Positions 59,355 through 64,000 of a stretch of DNA of 64,000 bases are shown piece after piece. Source of the DNA: Chloroflexota bacterium (lineage in GTDB: Bacteria > Chloroflexota > Dormibacteria > CF-121); assembly GCA_034666565.1 (NCBI GenBank), contig JAXDLN010000091.1, positions 3,968-67,967 on the forward strand, given 5' to 3'. Position numbers and translations under genes: made by a program. The notes under the pieces were generated by a model that ran no database searches, was not told the DNA's origin, and worked only from the letters and a program-made list of their open reading frames with translations. Numbering within the stretch: the first letter of the stretch is position 1; every line of letters begins with the position of its first letter.

Positions 59355-60853
59355 GACGGGCTCTCCGAGCGATGGCCCAGGGCAGCGCCGCCGATGTTCA
59401 ACTCGGTAAGCGCCTCACCCGAGAATTCCGAGACCAGCCTCCCTTCACGCATGACGGCTACCCGATCCGAGAGCAGCAACAGCTCCTTGATCTCGGAGGA
59501 GATCAGGAGGATGGCGACGCCGTCGCTGGTCAACTGATCGATCAGGCGATAGATCTCGGCGCGTACTCCCATGTCGATGCCACGGGTGGGCTCGTCCAGG
59601 ATCAGGACACGAGGCGTGAGCGCCAGCCAACGGGCGAGCAGCACCTTTTGCTGGTTGCCGCCGGACAGCGAGGCCACCGGGTCCCCAAGCTGGCCGCGAA
59701 GACGCAGCGGCGCCAGCGCCTGCTCCACAAACTGGACTTCGCGGCTGCGAGAGATCAAGCCACGACGGCGGAAGCGGCCCAGCGCCGGCAAGGAAACGTT
59801 GTCGCGAACGCTCAGCGGCATAAAGAGCCCTTGTGACTGGCGCTCCTCCGGAACATAGCCCAGGCCGGCGCGCACCGTCTGCTCGATACTGCGCAGGCGC
59901 AACGGCTGCCCATCGATCCGGACCGTCCCGCCGCTAGGGCGAGCGTAGCCAAAGAGCGTCTGCGCAAGCGCGCTTCGTCCGGAGCCGACCAGACCGGCCA
60001 TGCCGAGCACCTCGCCGTATCGAAGCTGGAGGCTCACGTCGGCGAAGTACCCGGTACGGCTGAGCCCGCTGATCTCGAGGGCGACCCGGCCCTCTACCCG
60101 CCCCGTCTTGCGTGCGAACTGCTCGATCGGCCGGCCCAGCATGTGGCGGACCAGCGCCACCTCGTTGAACTGACCCACGGGCCCGCTGACCACCGTCTCT
60201 CCGTCGCGCATGACGGTGATCAGATCGGCAATCTGCATCACCTCGGCGAGCCGGTGGGAGACGTAGAGCACCGCGACGCCGGACGCCGTCAAGGTGCGCA
60301 CCACCTGCAACAGCCGCTGCGCCTCCCATTCGTCGAGCGCAGCAGTGGGCTCGTCCATGATGACTACTCGAGCGTCGAGCATCAGCGCCCGTGCGATAGC
60401 GACCAGCTGGCGGCTCGCCGGGGTCAGCTCCTCGACCAGTCGCGAAGGATCGACCTCGACGCCGAGCCGCCCCAGCACCTCGCGTGCGCGACGGCGCATC
60501 GCCCAAGCACTCACCAACCCGGCCCTGCCTCGGGGCCGAGGGCGGCCCACGTAGAGGTTTTCGATGACGCTCAGCGAGTCGTAGAGCAGCAGCTCTTGCG
60601 GGATGAGGACGATGCCCCGCGATTCGGCGTTGCGGGCGGAGTCGAAGACGGTGACGACGCCCTGGAATTCGATCTGCCCGCTGCTTGGCGGGATGACGCC
60701 GGCGGCGATCAAAGCCACCGAGCTCTTGCCAGCGCCGTTCTCGCCGACGATGGCATGCACCTCGCCGGCGGCCAGCGCCAGCGAGACGCCGCGGACTGCG
60801 ACCGTGGCGGCGTAGGTCTTGTGGATGTCCTGCAGGGCGAGGACGTTCGTCAT
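59351..60853 (-). CDS. Sugar ABC ATPase (LsrA/RhaT-like)
   Basis: GENGAGKS, IMDEPTA, VSHRL, LSGGNQQK, ILDEPTRGID. Confidence 0.92.
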   Translation of the reverse strand: MTNVLALQDIHKTYAATVAVRGVSLALAAGEVHAIVGENGAGKSSVALIAAGVIPPSSGQIEFQGVVTVFDSARNAESRGIVLIPQELLLYDSLSVIENLYVGRPRPRGRAGLVSAWAMRRRAREVLGRLGVEVDPSRLVEELTPASRQLVAIARALMLDARVVIMDEPTAALDEWEAQRLLQVVRTLTASGVAVLYVSHRLAEVMQIADLITVMRDGETVVSGPVGQFNEVALVRHMLGRPIEQFARKTGRVEGRVALEISGLSRTGYFADVSLQLRYGEVLGMAGLVGSGRSALAQTLFGYARPSGGTVRIDGQPLRLRSIEQTVRAGLGYVPEERQSQGLFMPLSVRDNVSLPALGRFRRRGLISRSREVQFVEQALAPLRLRGQLGDPVASLSGGNQQKVLLARWLALTPRVLILDEPTRGIDMGVRAEIYRLIDQLTSDGVAILLISSEIKELLLLSDRVAVMREGRLVSEFSGEALTELNIGGAALGHRSESPS

Positions 60854-61012
60854 GGCGGCCCGCCGTTGACCGGGCTCCAGCACATCACGAACCGCTGCGG
60901 CGCTTCCTCGCACGGATCTCCCAGACCCTCTTCCTTAATCGGGATGTTGACCACCCGATTGACTGCCGTGCCCCTTGCCGGAACGGAATGCTAGCGCAGA
61001 GTTGGCAATCTG

Positions 61013-61024
61013 TCAAACGTTTGC
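61013..61024. promoter_or_regulatory. LacI-type operator 5
   Basis: TCAAACGTTTGC between the divergent ABC ATPase and LacI-4. Confidence 0.7.
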
Positions 61025-61103
61025 CATACTGCGGAGGCATGGTCGGGAATGGCTCAGGAATGGGAAGGGTTACCTTGTGATCAAGCAGCTGAAGAGCGAA
61101 GCG

Positions 61104-62168
61104 ATGCAGGCGAGGGGAAAGGCGGGGGAGCGCGATGACCTGCGCCAGGGACGGGCAATCGCCACCCTGGAGGATGTCGCACGGGCGGCCGGCGTGCACT
61201 ACTCGACGGTGTCGCGTGCGCTGGATCCGAACAAGGTCTGGCGCGTCAACGTCGTCACGCGCAAGCATGTCCAGGCGGTCGCCCAACGGATGGGCTACCA
61301 GCGCGACATGGTGGCGAGCGGCCTCAAGCGAGGGCGCACCCATACGATCGCGGTGGTAGTGGCCGACCTCGGCAACCCCTTCATCGCTCCGGTGCTGCGC
61401 GGCATCGCCAACCGCCTGGAGCAGGCCGGCTTCATGTCAATGATCAGCGACACCCAGGATGACTCGGCGCGCCTCGAGCGCATCCTCAACCACCTGTTGA
61501 GCCGCCGCGTCGATGCCATCATCCTGACCGCCGCGCACCTCGGCGACGGCCCGGTGCTGCGGCGCATCAGTCGCCAGGGCACCCCGGTGGTGCTGGCGGT
61601 GCGCAACGTGCCGGGGATTCGCTTGCCGGCCTGCACCGACGATGACCTGCTGGGTGGGACGCTCGCCGCCCGCCACCTGTTGGCGCTCGGCCATCGACGT
61701 GTCGCTCAGCTGCGCGGGCCCGCGGATGTCTACTCTTTCGTGGAACGCGGCGCCGGCTTCAGCAAGACGGTCGCTGCCGCTGGCGCGGTCGAGGTTGAAG
61801 TGCTGTCCACTGGGCTCACACCCACACTCGATGAGGGGGAGCGGCTGATGCGCCTGCTGCTCGACCGCAAGCGGGTAATGCCGACCGCGGTCTTCGCCCA
61901 CAACGACCTGATGGCGCTGGGCGCCCTGGCTGTGATGCGCGAGCGCGGCCTCAACTGCCCCAAGGACTTCTCCGTGATCGGTTACAACGACTCCCCGCAG
62001 GTCGATCGCGTGATGCCGCCGCTCACCACCATCCGGCAACCCGGCGAAGAGTTGGGTCGGACCGCCGCCGAGATGACGGTGGCGCTGCTCACCTCACCCG
62101 ACCGCCCGCCAGCGTCGCGCAGCCTCGCCCCCACGCTGGTGGTGCGCGAGTCGACCGCCCCGCGCTAA
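61104..62168 (+). CDS. LacI-family regulator 4 (paralog of regulators 2 and 3)
   Basis: MQAR extension, TLEDVARAAGVHYSTVSRAL, YQRDMVASGLKRGRTHT. Confidence 0.92.
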   Translation: MQARGKAGERDDLRQGRAIATLEDVARAAGVHYSTVSRALDPNKVWRVNVVTRKHVQAVAQRMGYQRDMVASGLKRGRTHTIAVVVADLGNPFIAPVLRGIANRLEQAGFMSMISDTQDDSARLERILNHLLSRRVDAIILTAAHLGDGPVLRRISRQGTPVVLAVRNVPGIRLPACTDDDLLGGTLAARHLLALGHRRVAQLRGPADVYSFVERGAGFSKTVAAAGAVEVEVLSTGLTPTLDEGERLMRLLLDRKRVMPTAVFAHNDLMALGALAVMRERGLNCPKDFSVIGYNDSPQVDRVMPPLTTIRQPGEELGRTAAEMTVALLTSPDRPPASRSLAPTLVVRESTAPR

Positions 62169-62175
62169 CTCGCCG

Positions 62176-63663
62176 TCAGGCGTTCTGCCGTTGCTCTAGA
62201 TAGCCGCGCACCTCGTCATATTCCGTTTCCGGCTTCCGCTTCAGGCCGAAGACATCCAGCTCCCAGCCGCACTTGGCCGCTAGGTAGTCCCGCGACGCCT
62301 CCGCGAGCGACCGCACGCGACCGAGGTCGACGCCCAGCATTGCTCCGCGCCACTTCTTGAGCTCGCCGCCGATCCACACGATGTCGACGTTCTTCGTGTC
62401 CGCCCCCAGGACCACCGTTCCGATCGCGTTGTTGAGCGGCAGGTTGTTGACGTCCTCGGCGCGGATCGCCACGATGTCCGCCTCCTTGCCGGGTGTGAGC
62501 GAACCGACTTTGTCGCCCAGCCCGATATGGCGCGCCCCCTGGATGGTGGCGAACTCGAGAACGTCGCGGTTCGTCACCCAGGCGGGCGGCGTCTCGCCAC
62601 GGTAGCGGAGCGCCGCCGATTGCATCCGCTGGGTGGCGAGGACGCAGCGCATCTGGCTGAACATGTCGGTGGCCAGGCTGATCTCGACATCGACGCTAAG
62701 GCTGGGGCGGATCCCGAAATCGAGCGCCTTCTGGATCGGCGGCGTCCCGCCGGACAGACCGATCTGCTCGTCGGAGGTGGGCGCCAGCGTCACCCCGATG
62801 CCGGCGTCCTTGAAGTGTTGCCAGACGGCGTCGGCCATGTCGGTGGCATGGATGACCGTGACGTCGGGGGCGAGGAGGCCTCCGCGGCCCAGCTCCTCCA
62901 TCTCCCTCGAGGAGGCCGGACCGAGGACACCGTCGAAGGTGATCGACAGCCCGTGGGCGCGGGCAAACTTGATCAGCTCGGACGCCGGCCGGGGCCGCCG
63001 GAAATCGATAGCGAGCCGCACCGTCGTGAGTGCCGAGGTGAATTGATCGCGCAGGCGGGTGAGGTCCTCGGGCCAGTGCTCGGCCCACGCCCCCGCGTTG
63101 GGCGGAGCCGATGCATGCACCGCTCGAATCCCCGCCTCCCGGTAGGCCTTGAACACCGCGTCCGAGTGGGCAGGGGTCCGGGTATTGTGCGAGAAATCGA
63201 GGATCGAGGTAACGCCGGAGTCGATCGCGCCAAGCATGCTGACCAGGTCGCCCGCGTACATGTCCTCGGGCCGGTAGTGGAGCGCGATGCCGCCGTGGGT
63301 GGTCGCCATATAGCTGGGCAGGTCGGCATCGACGATCAGGCGCCGGAACTGGTTCTGCCAGCAGTGGCGGTGGCCGTCGACGAGTCCCGGGATCAGGATC
63401 ATGCCCCCCATCTCGACCATCAGCGCCTGGCCGTCGCGGGCCGCGGCGCTGAGGTCCTCGCCGACCGCCTTGATGGTCGAGCCCTCGATCAGCACGTCGC
63501 CCTGCGCCAGGTCTTTGATCTCGGGATCCATGCTGATGACAACCGCGCCCCGCAGCAGCACCTGGCGCCGCGGGTCGGGGCGCGTCAGGCGTTCGCCAAG
63601 CTGCTGCCACTCGGCGTCGGGGACTTCGTGATACCGACGGGTCGCGGTTCCGGCCTTGTGCAT
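62176..63663 (-). CDS. Metal-dependent amidohydrolase (AtzA/MTA-SAH deaminase-like; start ATG 63663)
   Basis: PGLVDGHRHCWQ (HxH), VIHAT, LSVDVE, ATIQGA, GSLTPGKEAD. GAGGAGAGGGAG SD. Confidence 0.9.
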   Translation of the reverse strand: MHKAGTATRRYHEVPDAEWQQLGERLTRPDPRRQVLLRGAVVISMDPEIKDLAQGDVLIEGSTIKAVGEDLSAAARDGQALMVEMGGMILIPGLVDGHRHCWQNQFRRLIVDADLPSYMATTHGGIALHYRPEDMYAGDLVSMLGAIDSGVTSILDFSHNTRTPAHSDAVFKAYREAGIRAVHASAPPNAGAWAEHWPEDLTRLRDQFTSALTTVRLAIDFRRPRPASELIKFARAHGLSITFDGVLGPASSREMEELGRGGLLAPDVTVIHATDMADAVWQHFKDAGIGVTLAPTSDEQIGLSGGTPPIQKALDFGIRPSLSVDVEISLATDMFSQMRCVLATQRMQSAALRYRGETPPAWVTNRDVLEFATIQGARHIGLGDKVGSLTPGKEADIVAIRAEDVNNLPLNNAIGTVVLGADTKNVDIVWIGGELKKWRGAMLGVDLGRVRSLAEASRDYLAAKCGWELDVFGLKRKPETEYDEVRGYLEQRQNA

Positions 63664-63710
63664 CTCCCTCTCCTCTTTACCGAGCGCGGTTCCGTCCTGT
63701 GGTATTTTAA

Positions 63711-63722
63711 GCAAACGTTTGC
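63711..63722. promoter_or_regulatory. LacI-type operator 6
   Basis: Perfect palindrome GCAAACGTTTGC between the divergent amidohydrolase and dehydrogenase. Confidence 0.75.
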
Positions 63723-63764
63723 CGCGGTGCGCGGCGTTTCGACCACGCAGAGGAGGGAGCGGCG

Positions 63765-64000
63765 ATCACCGAGTCCTTGACCCACAAGCTCGGCTGGATC
63801 GGCACCGGCCGGATGGGCAGTGCCATGGTCTCGCGCTTGCTCGAGCGCGGCTGTGAGGTGTCGATCTACAACCGGACGCGCGGCAAAACCGAAGGCTTCC
63901 GCGAGCAGGGGGCCCGCATCGTGGATGCGCCGGCCGACCTCGCCGATCGCGACATCGTCTTTACCTCCGTCTCCCGTTCGGAGGACTTCCGGGACGTCCT
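63765..64000 (+). CDS. Second beta-hydroxyacid dehydrogenase paralog, 5' part only (runs off window); start ATC 63765 or TTG 63777
   Basis: LGWIGTGRMG.AM..RLLERG.EV..YNRTR.K, and DLADRDIVFTSV, closely matching the 47885 gene. Confidence 0.85.
   Translation, partial: MTESLTHKLGWIGTGRMGSAMVSRLLERGCEVSIYNRTRGKTEGFREQGARIVDAPADLADRDIVFTSVSRSEDFRDV

Overview
This is a high-GC bacterial chromosome segment. Its Gram-positive-type SOS box, orphan Flp pilin, DUF5671-like protein and frequent leaderless genes suggest a soil Chloroflexota or Ca. Dormibacterota organism (inference). Bases 1-38,040 hold housekeeping and signalling genes: a tandem NarX/DesK-type kinase plus pseudokinase, a NitT/TauT ABC transporter divergent from a CitA/CitB pair, a glycogen-debranching-like enzyme, flp, pheA, ppc, ilvD, PadR-HAAS, a CADD-type enzyme, ABC-F, proC, an SBP56 (methanethiol-oxidase-like) gene with a His-bearing membrane partner, an orphan response regulator with GGDEF-EAL, a LexA-box-controlled DUF222/HNH gene and gltB. 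Bases 38,135-64,000 form a catabolic island with three ABC importers, four LacI regulators, six copies of a (G/A/T)CAAACG(T/A)TTGC operator, two beta-hydroxyacid dehydrogenases, Gfo/Idh/MocA, cupin, amidohydrolase, a COG1233 FAD oxidoreductase, a DHPON-hydrolase-like alpha/beta hydrolase and an M24-fold protein with a degenerate metal site; its substrate is unknown. The most unusual signals are five genes that appear to start at ATC or CTG, a ~35-bp palindromic repeat found in-frame inside three proteins, the kinase/pseudokinase pair and the multi-LacI regulon. I found no CRISPR array, rRNA, tRNA or transposase.
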